Source of the DNA: Tubiluchus corallicola
Taxonomy: Eukaryota; Animalia; Priapulida
Assembly: GCA_030141605.1 (NCBI GenBank)
Contig: JAQGDQ010001810.1
Span: 1-24,645, forward strand
Length of the DNA stretch: 24,645 nt
Direction of reading: 5' to 3'
The position numbers and the translations under genes are program-made. The notes beneath the pieces are model-generated. The model was not told where the DNA came from, made no database searches, and saw only the letters and a list, made by a program, of their open reading frames with translations. The number at the start of each line of letters is the position of its first letter. Position 1 is the first letter of the stretch. This document shows positions 1 through 10,345 of the stretch, piece by piece.

Positions 1-755
1 GTTAGTAGCTACTTTTGCAAAAATGATTTCGGTTTTGTTTCGATATCAGTTTCCTATGTTTCAAATTTTGGTTTCGGTTTGTAATTTCAGTTTCGGTAAC
101 ATCGCTGATATTTGTTATCAATGCACTGAGGAATTAACGTTCAACCATCTTTTCATTGGCGAATTTTGTCAGCCATGTTGTCAAGCTGCTAACTGTTGTG
201 TAGTAGCAAGTATTGCAGGTTGTTACAAGACAGATGTCATAAGAAACTATTTCTACACTATCTAAAACCAATTCAGTTTTCAAAATATCATATTTTTTGT
301 GGATTTTAAGACATAAGCACGGGCCGTAGAATATGAAATTTATACCCTTCAAGGTGTGAACATTTGACTTTTATGAAACTTCCCATGAAAGCAGACCAGT
401 GCATACGTGTGCAGCACATTAAGTAGTGAGACAATCTACTTCAAAAATGTTGCTCTCAAATTATCGAAATTTTGTCAATGAATGTTTGAACTACTTGAGT
501 TTTTGGTTTGCTTCTAAGCCTACTCTTAGCAAATAATGTAGATGTATGCTGTAGTGATTATACAGGAGCTGTTTTTATGTTTTAAAACGAGTTATCAGAT
601 ATAAATTGTTGTGGTTGTTATTATATATTTTTTGATTTCTTTGTTCTGCTATTCTGTTTTTATTTAAGGTGGTTTAATGTGAATATCAAATTCAGGAAAA
701 CCTCATTTCATAGCCACAAACATTTTCCCTGTAATTACAATAGAATATTTACATA

Positions 756-1100
756 CAGTCGACCCTCGTTAAACCGGACCCCGCTAGCCCGGATATCGGA
801 TAAGATGGACGTCATGCGTGGTAAAGGAAACTGACCGATTTCTGTCTGAGCCCGAGCGCTGAACACAACACGGCCTACCGACTGTACAATAATTTCTTTA
901 TCCTCACAGTTTAACTATTTTAAAGTAATATACAGTATAGTATATAGTGCACAGTATATAGTGCAATGTATATAGGCCTTATTAAGGTGATTATTCCTGT
1001 ATAATATAGACCATATATAGTCATATCGGATAAATCGGACAATCGGCTAAACCGGACCAACCCCCCCCCCCCATTAGTACGGTTTAACAAGGGTTGACTG
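756..1100. mobile_element. pogo/Tigger-like (Tc1-mariner superfamily) MITE, 345 bp
   Basis: TIRs CAGTCGACCCTCGTTAAACCG ... CGGTTTAACAAGGGTTGACTG, TA on both sides (754-755, 1101-1102), subterminal AAACCGGAC/ATCGGATAA repeats, no transposase. Confidence 0.85.
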
Positions 1101-1356
1101 TACACTGGAAAAGATAGTAAATTCTTATTAATATGATGTGTGCTTGAATTAGACCTATGCAGACAAGGTACACATTGCCTTAAAAACAAAACGCCTTGAA
1201 TTTTACATTGTCCAGATACTTTGTACTTATAAATGTGAATCTAGATTCTTAAATGTAATACAAATCCTGTGCATCAATTTCAAAATCTCTTGTAGTTGAT
1301 TAAAGTCTTTTGCGACAATTGCATCTGTTAATTCTTGAGTCTGTTTGTTTTTTAAG

Positions 1357-1456
1357 ACGACTCTCATCACGCAGGAAATGATCCACGCCCTCTACAGTGA
1401 AAGTGTAGAAGCTCAACTTGACGCCACCCAAAAGTTTAGGAAATTGTTATCAAAAG
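1357..1456 (+). pseudogene. Duplicated, inverted copy of importin-alpha coding exon 2
   Basis: tttaag|ACGACTCTC...TCAAAAG|gtgagc encodes TTLITQEMIHALYSESVEAQLDATQKFRKLLSK and matches 6681-6780. No plus-strand exon 3 follows it. Confidence 0.85.
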
Positions 1457-1987
1457 GTGAGCAGAAATGGGACATTTACACTGTTGTTATATAGGCCATT
1501 GCAGTTTCTGGACCTTACAAGTAAAAGTCTCTATTGCATAAATTAGCTAAATGATTTTATGTTATTACAGAAGTTCATCAAAGATACTTTCAGAAATATA
1601 CAAGCCACAAACATGGCTAAACCTGGAATCACAACAAGCAAACAACTGAAACTGTAGTTTTAAGTAACACATGTAGTACTATCTTGCTAATAACTCATAA
1701 ATGGATGGGATCGGGAATTGGGCATGACTGGATATCAGGTTTATATAGACAGTAATAATCAGGATTGGGATCGGATCGGGATTTCCTGTGATTGACCATC
1801 CCTGGAGAAAATACGCAGTATAGCAAAAAAAACTGCCCAGAAACAAACAAAAAATCTACAATAATCATTTCCCTCTTATAATTTTAATTCTTTTCACTCT
1901 AATCTGTAATTTGCATCATTATTTAGACCAATTTAGATGAAGTTTATATGATCAAAGCAAGTTTGAAAGTCGTAAATGTTTGGATAG

Positions 1988-2383
1988 TTGTTGTTTGTAT
2001 TGATTACTTGTTTTGATGTTTATATTGATTACTTGTTTTGATGTTTGTATTGATAACTTGTTTTGATGTTTGTATTGATTACTTGTTTTGATGTTTATAT
2101 TGATTACTTGTTTTGATGTTTGTATTGATTACTTGTTTTGATGTTTGTATTGATTACTTGTTTTGATGTTTGTATTGATTACTTGTTTTGATGTTTATAT
2201 TGATTACTTGTTTTGATGTTTGTATTGATTACTTGTTTTGATGTTTATATTGATTACTTGTTTTGATGTTTGTATTGATTACTTGTTTTGATGTTTATAT
2301 TGATTACTTGTTTTGATGTTTGTATTGATTACTTGTTTTGATGTTTATATTGATTACTTGTTTTGATGTTTATATTGATTACT
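1988..2383 (+). repeat. 25-bp minisatellite (TGATTACTTGTTTTGATGTTTRTAT), about 16 copies
   Basis: Units start at 2001, 2026, 2051 and so on; inverted counterpart of 5383-6140. Confidence 0.95.
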
Positions 2384-3250
2384 CTTTTGGTCCGATCTAG
2401 TCTGTAATTTAGCTTATTGCTTACACTTTTTGTCCGATCTATTCAGTAATTTAGATTGTTGCTTACTGTTTTGGTCCGATCTAGTCTGTAATTTAGCTTA
2501 TTGCTTACACTTTTGGTCCGATCTATTCAGTAATTTAGATTGTTGCTTACTCTTTTGGTCCGATCTAGTCTGTAATTTAGCTTGTTGCTTACACTTTTGG
2601 TCCAAGCTATTCTGTAATTTAGATTGTTGCTTACACTTTTGGTCCAAGCTATTCTGTAATTTAGATTATTGCTTACACTTTTGGTCCGATCTATTCAGTA
2701 ATTTAGATTGTTGCTTACTCTTTTGGTCCAAGCTATTCTGTAATTTAGCTTATTGCTTACTCTTTTGGTCCAAGCTATTCTGTAATTTAGCTTATTGCTT
2801 ACACTTTTGGTCCGATCTATTCAGTAATTTAGATTGTTGCTTACTCTTTTGGTCCGATCTATTCTGTAATTTAGCTTATTGCTTACACTTTTGGTCCGAT
2901 CTATTCAGTAATTTAGATTGTTGCGTACTCTTTTGGTCCGATCTATTCAGTAATTTAGATTGTTGCTTACTCTTTTGGTCCGATCTATTCTGTAATTTAG
3001 CTTATTGCTTACACTTTTGGTCCGATCTATTCAGTAATTTAGATTGTTGCGTACTCTTTTGGTCCAATCTATTCAGTAATTTAGATTGTTGCTTACTCTT
3101 TTGGACCGAGCTATTCTGTAATTTAGCTTATTGCTTACACTTTTGGTCCGATCTATTCTGTAATTTAGCTTATTGCTTACACTTTTGGTCCAAGCTATTC
3201 CGCAAATCAGCTTGTTGCTTACTCTTTTGGTCCAAGCTATTCAGTAACTT
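2379..3250. repeat. 42-bp minisatellite (GCTTACACTTTTGGTCCGATCTATTCAGTAATTTAGATTGTT), about 20 copies, in the intron after importin exon 5
   Basis: Direct tandem units; the 14-aa periodicity of ORF 2430..3257 reflects the 42-bp period. Confidence 0.95.
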
Positions 3251-3314
3251 AACTTAACAGTTAATCATTATAAATGAATAATTTTGAAAGATAAGAAGAA
3301 CTAATTAAAATTAC

Positions 3315-3414
3315 CTTCTGAAATTCGGGAGGCGGATTTTTTCCCCGGCATAGATTTGATAAAGCCCACACAGCATTCCGAGTCATAGATAACCTATTTG
3401 ACTTACTTAGCAAT
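3315..3414 (-). CDS. KPNA: Importin-alpha coding exon 5 (ARM repeat)
   Basis: ttccag|A TTG CTA...CAG AAG|gtaatt encodes (Q)[33 protein letters not shown]. Its 1-nt start completes the phase-2 end of exon 4. Absent from the ORF track. Confidence 0.95.
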
Positions 3415-3599
3415 CTGGAAGGAATAAATAAATAAACAATCAGTCAGTACAAAGAGTTTTTCTGTAATCTGCTTAGACATCTTCTTGCAAGGTGCAAGAC
3501 AAAATGTTCTTGTTGTTGTTTTATGCTTTTACATTTATTTACACACAAAATCATTTTTAAATGTAAAGCTACGTAAACAGAAAGCAAAGCAGCTCTTAC

Positions 3600-3688
3600 T
3601 GTAATAGTGGAACCAGAATTCCTTCATTAAGAACATAGTCTCTACATTCTGGACTGTCTCCTGCAATATTGCCTAATGCCCAAACAGC
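3600..3688 (-). CDS. KPNA: Importin-alpha coding exon 4 (ARM repeat)
   Basis: ttttcag|GCTGTTTGG...TTA CA|gtaaga encodes [29 protein letters not shown](Q), containing the WxxxN NLS-binding motif. Confidence 0.96.
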
Positions 3689-4609
3689 CTGAAAAGTTAA
3701 AACAAACAGAATTAAAGAGTTTAATCCAAAAAATGAAAAGAAAGATGCAACAGACAATTGATTCATTACGATAAGTTCAAACAAGTAAGATAAACACGGA
3801 CATGTTATACAGGTTGCAAGCATAAAGGAAAGTAGTGTTACGTCAGAGTGAAATTCTACAACAAAACTGTAGTACGTACTAAGATTGAGACCGTTTAAAC
3901 TTTTAACCAACCGCTAACTGGTGTAACTGTTTAGAAAATTATTAACGGTTTAACCATGACTTTCCTTTACATGTAACACATTACACAATTTTTTCAGAAA
4001 CAAATCCCATCACACACGCAGAAAGTCACTGATGATAAGCTGTCTCAAGACTTCAATCATACCAATAGAGTACATACGTAACCTATACTAAACACACTAT
4101 TTGCTCACCAGGTGCATGGGTGGAACATCCTATAACATCGAACATCTTGAGGGAAATATTTGGACACTCGGTATCATAGCAACGAGGCTTTTACGAAAGA
4201 AATTTATTGTATCATTGCATTACTGAAAACAACGCGTAGAGTCGTGGACCTGTAACAACACTAACCCAAGGTACTTTATTGTTCCTTGTGCATTTGATAT
4301 TCAGAGTTTGCGCACGTGGCGATTCCAACATGGCAGACTCTGAAGGCATGGGTCGTGTGAGTAAACATTGCATGATTCAGAGTGGGTAACTGTGTCACAG
4401 ATATTTCTTTATAAGTTGAAAAATGTTGTTCAAAACTGCTTCAAACATTCAAAAGGTTTCATAATTTGTTCATGTTCTAAAGACATACTAAGCTGAGTGA
4501 ATTTCTCTGCTTACATAATTAGATTAGAGTTAGGCAATTTCTTCATATTAGTTGGTCATGTATATTCGATATGTTATCATATGTATGAAGTCATTGGAAA
4601 CAGCTAAAC

Positions 4610-5034
4610 CAGGGGTGTGCAAATTACCTGACTAGCCGGGCCACATTAAACATTCCCGCAATTCCTGTGGGCCACATGCAGTTTGGTCAAGGAGCCAAGT
4701 ACAGTAGGACCTAATAACGATTTTTTTTTTGCATCCGACCTGCGTACATCATTACTACTACACTCAAGAAACTATTTTAGAAGTTATTAAAATTTATATT
4801 AAAAACCATATATTTCATCATGTTGGACAGTGACATTAAGTGACAACGGTCTTATAAGGGTTAATGCCATCCGATTTAGAGGACAAAACTACCCGCACTA
4901 TCTTTGCGATATTGGTGCAGACTTCAGCTGGATTGTGTGGGCTGCACATTCATTACGTTGACAAACCTCTTCGTGGGGCCGCACAAGATTTCTCGACGGG
5001 GCGCAAGGGGCACCCTGAACAGTTTGCACACCCG
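4610..5034. mobile_element. hAT (Buster/Charlie-like) non-autonomous element, 425 bp
   Basis: Termini CAGGGGTGTGCAAA ... TTTGCACACCCG (right end slightly eroded), perfect 8-bp TSD AGCTAAAC (4602-4609, 5035-5042) with central TA, internal GGGCCACA/GGGCCGCA motifs. Confidence 0.8.
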
Positions 5035-5155
5035 AGCTAAACAGTTAACCGACAGCAATTAATGACATTTAGCCGGTTAGTTAAAAAGCCTAACTATCTC
5101 AGCATTAATTTGCACATAGACGCACCGAAAGTAAAAATATGTAAAATAAACTTAC

Positions 5156-5379
5156 CTGTTCTTGAACATCTTCAAAATCTGATGCTAGCAACCGGATGAA
5201 GATCGGTACGGCACCGGCTTCTATGACGACGCGAGTTTGTAAACTTGTTCCGGATGCGATATTTGTTAGTGCCCAGGCGGCTTCGAATTGTAGCGTGCAG
5301 TTGCTGTCATGTTGAAGAAACTCCACAAACCGAGGAACAATCCCTGTTTGTATGACTTCATCAATTGGAGGATTTGGCT
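5156..5379 (-). CDS. KPNA: Importin-alpha coding exon 3 (ARM repeats)
   Basis: tttacag|AG CCA AAT...GAA CAG|gtaagt encodes (E)[74 protein letters not shown], very close to the KPNA1/KPNA6-type sequence as I recall it. Confidence 0.97.
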
Positions 5380-5382
5380 CTG

Positions 5383-6140
5383 TAAACATCAAAACAAGTA
5401 ATCAATATAAACATCAAAACAAGTAATCAATATAAACATCAAAACAAGTAATCAATATAAACATCAAAACAAGTAATCAATATAAACATCAAAACAAGTA
5501 ATCAATATAAACATCAAAACAAGTAATCAATATAAACATCAAAACAAGTAATCAATATAAACATCAAAACAAGTAATCAATACAAACATCAAAACAAGTA
5601 ATCAATACAAACAACAAAACAAGTAATCAATATAAACATCAAAACAAGTAATCAATATAAACATCAAAACAAGTAATCAATACAAACATCAAAACAAGTA
5701 ATCAATATAAACATCAAAACAAGTAATCAATACAAACATCAAAACAAGTAATCAATATAAACATCAAAACAAGTAATCAATATAAACATCAAAACAACTA
5801 ATCAATATAAACATCAAAACAAGTAATCAATACAAACATCAAAACAAGTAATCAATATAAACATCAAAACAAGTAATCAATACAAACATCAAAACAAGTA
5901 ATCAATATAAACATCAAAACAAGTAATCAATATAAACATCAAAACAAGTAATCAATATAAACATCAAAACAAGTAATCAATACAAACATCAAAAGAAGTA
6001 ATCAATACAAACAACAAAACAAGTAATCAATATAAACATCAAAACAAGTAATCAATACAAACATCAAAACAAGTTATCAATACAAACATCAAAACAAGTA
6101 ATCAAGACAAACATCAAAACAAGTAATCAAGACAAACAAC
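5383..6140 (-). repeat. 25-bp minisatellite, about 30 copies, abutting the exon 3 splice acceptor
   Basis: (AAACATCAAAACAAGTAATCAATAY)n starts immediately next to the acceptor CAG at 5380-5382. Confidence 0.95.
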
Positions 6141-6680
6141 TATCCAAACATTTAAGACTTTCAAACTTGCTTTGATCATATAAACTTCATCTAAATTGGT
6201 CTAAATAATGATGCAAATTACAGATTAGAGTGAAAAGAATTAAAATTATAAGTGGGAAATGATTATTGTAGATTTTTTGTTTGTTTCTGGGCAGTTTTTT
6301 TTGCTATACTGCGTATTTTCTCCATTGATGGCCAATCACAGAAAATCCCGATCCGATCCCAATCCTGATTATTACTGTCTATATAAACCCGATATCCAGT
6401 CATGCCCAATTGCTGATTATTCCCGATCCTGTCCATTTATCAGTTATTAGCAAGATAGTACTACATGTGTTACTTAAAACTACAGTTTCAGTTGTTTGCT
6501 TGTTGTGATTCCAGGTTTAGCCATGTTTGTGGCTTGTATATTTCTGAAAGTATCTTTGATGAACTTCTGTAATAACATAAAATCATTTAGCTAATTTATG
6601 CAATAGAGACTTTTACTTGTAAGGTCCAGAAACTGCAATGGCCTATATAACAACAGTGTAAATGTCCCATTTCTGCTCAC

Positions 6681-6780
6681 CTTTTGATAACAATTTCCTA
6701 AACTTTTGGGTGGCGTCAAGTTGAGCTTCTACACTTTCACTGTAGAGGGCGTGGATCATTTCCTGCGTGATGAGAGTCGT
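6681..6780 (-). CDS. KPNA: Importin-alpha coding exon 2 (start of ARM1)
   Basis: 100-nt exon TTLITQEMIHALYSESVEAQLDATQKFRKLLSK+G with AG/GT boundaries; phase 0 in, phase 1 out, joining exon 3 as LLSKEPNPP. Absent from the ORF track. Confidence 0.95.
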
Positions 6781-7036
6781 CTTAAAAAACAAACAGACTC
6801 AAGAATTAACAGATGCAATTGTCGCAAAAGACTTTAATCAACTACAAGAGATTTTGAAATTGATGCACAGGATTTGTATTACATTTAAGAATCTAGATTC
6901 ACATTTATAAGTACAAAGTATCTGGACAATGCAAAATTCAAGGCGTTTTGTTTTTAAGGCAATGTGTACCTTGTCTGCATAGGTCTAATTCAAGCACACA
7001 TCATATTAATAAGAATTTACTATCTTTTCCAGTGTA

Positions 7037-7381
7037 CAGTCAACCCTTGTTAAACCGTACTAATGGGGGGGGGGGGTTGGTCCGGTTTAGCCGATTGTCC
7101 GATTTATCCGATATGACTATATATGGTCTATATTATACAGGAATAATCACCTTAATAAGGCCTATATACATTGCACTATATACTGTGCACTATATACTAT
7201 ACTGTATATTACTTTAAAATAGTTAACCTGTGAGGATAAAGAAATTATTGTACAGTCGGTAGGCCGTGTTGTGTTCAGCGCTCGGGCTCAGACAGAAATC
7301 GGTCAGTTTCCTTTACCACGCATGACGTCCATCTTATCCGATATCCGGGCTAGCGGGGTCCGGTTTAACGAGGGTCGACTG
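7037..7381. mobile_element. pogo/Tigger-like MITE (mirror of 756-1100)
   Basis: Same TIRs and TA TSD with the same flanks, so the insertion predates the duplication. Confidence 0.85.
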
Positions 7382-8365
7382 TATGTAAATATTCTATTGT
7401 AATTACAGGGAAAATGTTTGTGGCTATGAAATGAGGTTTTCTTGAATTTCATATTCACATTAAACCACCTTAAATAAAAACAGAATAGCAGAACAAAGAA
7501 ATCAAAAAATATATAATAACAACCACAACAATTTATATCTGATAACTCGTTTTAAAACATAAAAACAGCTCCTGTATAATCACTACAGCATACATCTACA
7601 TTATTTGCTAAGAGTAGGCTTAGAAGCAAACCAAAAACTCAAGTAGTTCAAACATTCATTGACAAAATTTCGATAATTTGAGAGCAACATTTTTGAAGTA
7701 GATTGTCTCACTACTTAATGTGCTGCACACGTATGCACTGGTCTGCTTTCATGGGAAGTTTCATAAAAGTCAAATGTTCACACCTTGAAGGGTATAAATT
7801 TCATATTCTACGGCCCGTGCTTATGTCTTAAAATCCACAAAAAATATGATATTTTGAAAACTGAATTGGTTTTAGATAGTGTAGAAATAGTTTCTTATGA
7901 CATCTGTCTTGTAACAACCTGCAATACTTGCTACTACACAACAGTTAGCAGCTTGACAACATGGCTGACAAAATTCGCCAATGAAAAGATGGTTGAACGT
8001 TAATTCCTCAGTGCATTGATAACAAATATCAGCGATGTTACCGAAACTGAAATTACAAACCGAAACCAAAATTTGAAACATAGGAAACTGATATCGAAAC
8101 AAAACCGAAATCATTTTTGCAAAAGTAGCTACTAACAAAACTGAAAAAAATTCTGAAATAAATAAAATACTTTTGCTTTTGCTTGTTTCCTTATATTTGC
8201 TTTTAACTTGATGAAGTAGCTAAGAAAAAAACAACCAAAAAAGTAGAACAATGTTTATGGTTAAAGATGAAGCTTAAAAAAACTGACAAATTTTATTTTC
8301 TTCCTCACCCTCCAGGGGGGCCTCACGCCGAGGTAACATTTTTTTGCTTTATGCGAACATACTGC

Positions 8366-8388
8366 CTCCTCCCTCCCTCCCTCCCTCC

Positions 8389-8421
<33 letters not shown>
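8366..8421. repeat. (CCCT)n/(CT)n microsatellite
   Basis: Directly visible polypyrimidine run. Confidence 0.9.
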
Positions 8422-8422
<1 letters not shown>

Positions 8423-8494
8423 TGCCGCACGCCTTTTTTGAAAATTTTGTGCGTAATTTTATTTTTTTCGTATTTATTTTTCATTTATCTATTT

Positions 8495-8550
8495 TTGGGG
8501 CCACCAAATTCACTTCGCCTAGGGCCTCCAATTACCTAAGGCCGGCCCTG
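8495..8550. mobile_element. Probable single terminus of a hAT-like element (...GGCCGGCCCTG)
   Basis: GC-rich end whose reverse complement is CAGGGCCGGCC, with GGGCC subterminal motifs. No partner TIR or TSD found. Confidence 0.35.
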
Positions 8551-8596
8551 ACCATTGACACAACCTTTCAGCAGCATGGCATCAAGATAATTGCAC

Positions 8597-8968
8597 ACTG
8601 AAATTGTTTCACACAGAAAGTGAAGCCACTCAAATTGTTTCACACGGAAAGTGAAGCCACTGAAATTGTTTCACACAGAAAGAGAAGCCACTGAAATTGT
8701 TTCACACAGAAAGTGAAGCCACTGAAATTGTTTCACACAGAAAGTGAAGCCACTGAAATTGTTTCACACAGAAAGAGAAGCCACTGAAATTGTTTCACAC
8801 AGAAAGGGAAGCCACTGAAATTGTTTCACACAGAAAGTGAAGCCACTGAAATTGTTTCACACAGAAAGTGAAGCCACTGAAATTGTTTCACACAGAAAGA
8901 GAAGCCACTGAAATTGTTTCACACAGAAAGAGAAGCCACTGAAATTGTTTCACACAGAAAATGAATCC
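8597..8968. repeat. 31-bp minisatellite (ACTGAAATTGTTTCACACAGAAAGTGAAGCC), 12 copies, abutting the exon 1 donor
   Basis: Units at 8597, 8628 ... 8938; the last runs into ACTTAC (GTAAGT donor on the minus strand, 8969-8974). Confidence 0.95.
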
Positions 8969-8974
8969 ACTTAC

Positions 8975-9250
8975 CGGTTGTATAATAGGCTGCTGTCCAA
9001 AATCATCCCCTTGCATGGTTGAACTAACTTCACCCTCGTCATCTTCGCCGGATGGTACCATCGAGTGCACCCGGCGTTTGAACAATTGTTCATCTCTTTT
9101 CTGTTTGCGAAGCTGGACTCCTTCTTCCTCACGACGGCGCCGCATTTCGTGAGCATCGAGGGCCTTGTGTTTGTACTGTCGGTAGCGTCCTGTGCTTGGA
9201 CTACCAGTCGATGACACAGTGGACATCGTGTCTTGGCCTTGTTCCTGCAT
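8975..9250 (-). CDS. KPNA: Importin-alpha first coding exon (IBB domain), alpha1/KPNA1-5-6 clade
   Basis: Encodes YKHKALDAHEMRRRREEEGVQLRKQKRDEQLFKRR (IBB with the autoinhibitory KRR). Acceptor ttcttag| at 9256 implies an upstream exon. Start codon is ATG 9250 or ATG 9226. Donor CCG|gtaagt. Confidence 0.95.
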
Positions 9251-9287
9251 CGGGACTAAGAACAAACAAGTTGCTTTTACTAGACTA

Positions 9288-9800
9288 CAGTGGGGGCTTG
9301 TGTATAGGCACTATGGAACAGCAGCACCCCAATTTTCACTTGATATTATTCAATATAATGAGTGTCTTTTCTTTAATTCTTCATTTATACTTATATTGCA
9401 CCAGATATACATGTTAGAACAGTGCACTTCAGCAATGTGGTGTATGGCTATTGTGCACATACGGCCATGTGCACATGTCTGAGATAAGATGCTACACTTT
9501 AGGTAGAGAGACAGCACTCTCGCTCATGCTGTATACATGTTTTGTCAGTTGGCTCATGCTTAAAAACCGTGTACTGACATATTCTCAAACTGCATCAATT
9601 TAGGCTGTCTGTAAACACTTTTTTGCTTAGCATGTTATCAAATTCATGTATAAATATTCATATGTTTGTTTGTTTAAAATTACAGTTACAATACTAACAA
9701 TATTAACATTACATTTGTTTCGTTTTATGCAATGTCAAAACAATGGCTAAAAATTTTCTGAAGCTCTGCCCAGACAAATTTTAGCTATGAGCTGCCACTG
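9288..9800. mobile_element. hAT-like MITE, 513 bp, about 30 bp upstream of the exon 1 acceptor
   Basis: Termini CAGTGGGGGCTTG ... ATGAGCTGCCACTG and a 7/8 TSD (CTAGACTA 9280-9287, TTAGACTA 9801-9808). Homologous pieces recur at 21764-22060 and 23226-23450. Confidence 0.75.
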
Positions 9801-10014
9801 TTAGACTAATTAATTATTAATAATTAGCAATTAGCAGAATTAGTCTAGAGTACTACAGTCTGTGTTGAATTCACCATTCGCACAGTATCTAAAAATCGTT
9901 GTCTAGTTTTGATCATTTAATCGCTTAAACAGTTTCATTTTAGATTAGTAACTAAAATCGTTTCCAGTTTTCCTTTACTCCTACTGTTCTACTTCTAGTT
10001 TAAATAAGGTGACC

Positions 10015-10345
10015 ACGAAGACGGCGCCATTAAAAAACGAAACACGTGGCAAACTAGATTATATTCCAATTAACATTTAAACCATAAATTAGTTACGAGG
10101 TACAGTTTTTACACAACTTATAATATTTCATTTTACAAAAGTCGTTATAATTATAGATATGATTTCCTACTTGTGAGAGAATCAACAAATTTCTCAAGTT
10201 GTTAGCATGGCGCTCCAACGTTGAAAAAGTGATCATAAAAATTTCTTTTTCGTCAAATAACCGCCAAGCGATAACGAGAAAAATTTTCCACCGCAGAGGA
10301 CTTAGTTACAGTAGTTTTCCGGAAATCGTGAAATTTGGCGTTTTC
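10015..10345 (-). promoter_or_regulatory. Candidate importin-alpha promoter / non-coding first exon
   Basis: Locally CpG-enriched; YY1-like AATGGCG on the minus strand near 10023-10031; ETS-like TTCCGGAA near 10317; candidate donor CAA|gtagga at 10170. Confidence 0.35.

Larger units (their letters stand above)
1..2383 (+). repeat. Left arm of long inverted duplication (reverse complement of ~5744-8136); runs off the window start
   Basis: Position i pairs with 8137-i (ORFs 23..265/7872..8138, 134..352/7785..8003 and 920..1189/6948..7217 are mirror images). The offset becomes 8127 after a 10-bp indel near 1715. Scattered substitutions separate the arms. Confidence 0.97.
5744..8136 (-). repeat. 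Right arm of the inverted duplication (native importin-alpha intron 1 part, exon 2, intron 2 part)
   Basis: Reverse complement of 1-2383. The inner boundary falls inside the 25-bp array and is approximate; the outer boundary is set only by the window edge. Confidence 0.95.

Noticed and set aside
23-1189. Short ORFs duplicated in both inverted arms
   Set aside because: Intronic or MITE-derived, no protein motifs; identity reflects the duplication only.
2430-3257. 275-aa Cys/Leu/Trp-rich ORF, the longest in the window
   Set aside because: It is one stop-free frame of the 42-bp intronic minisatellite, has no ATG start and no unique sequence.
8597-8968. CRISPR-like appearance of the 25-42-bp repeats here and elsewhere
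   Set aside because: Units are directly adjacent with no unique spacers, there are no cas genes, and the context is spliceosomal introns.
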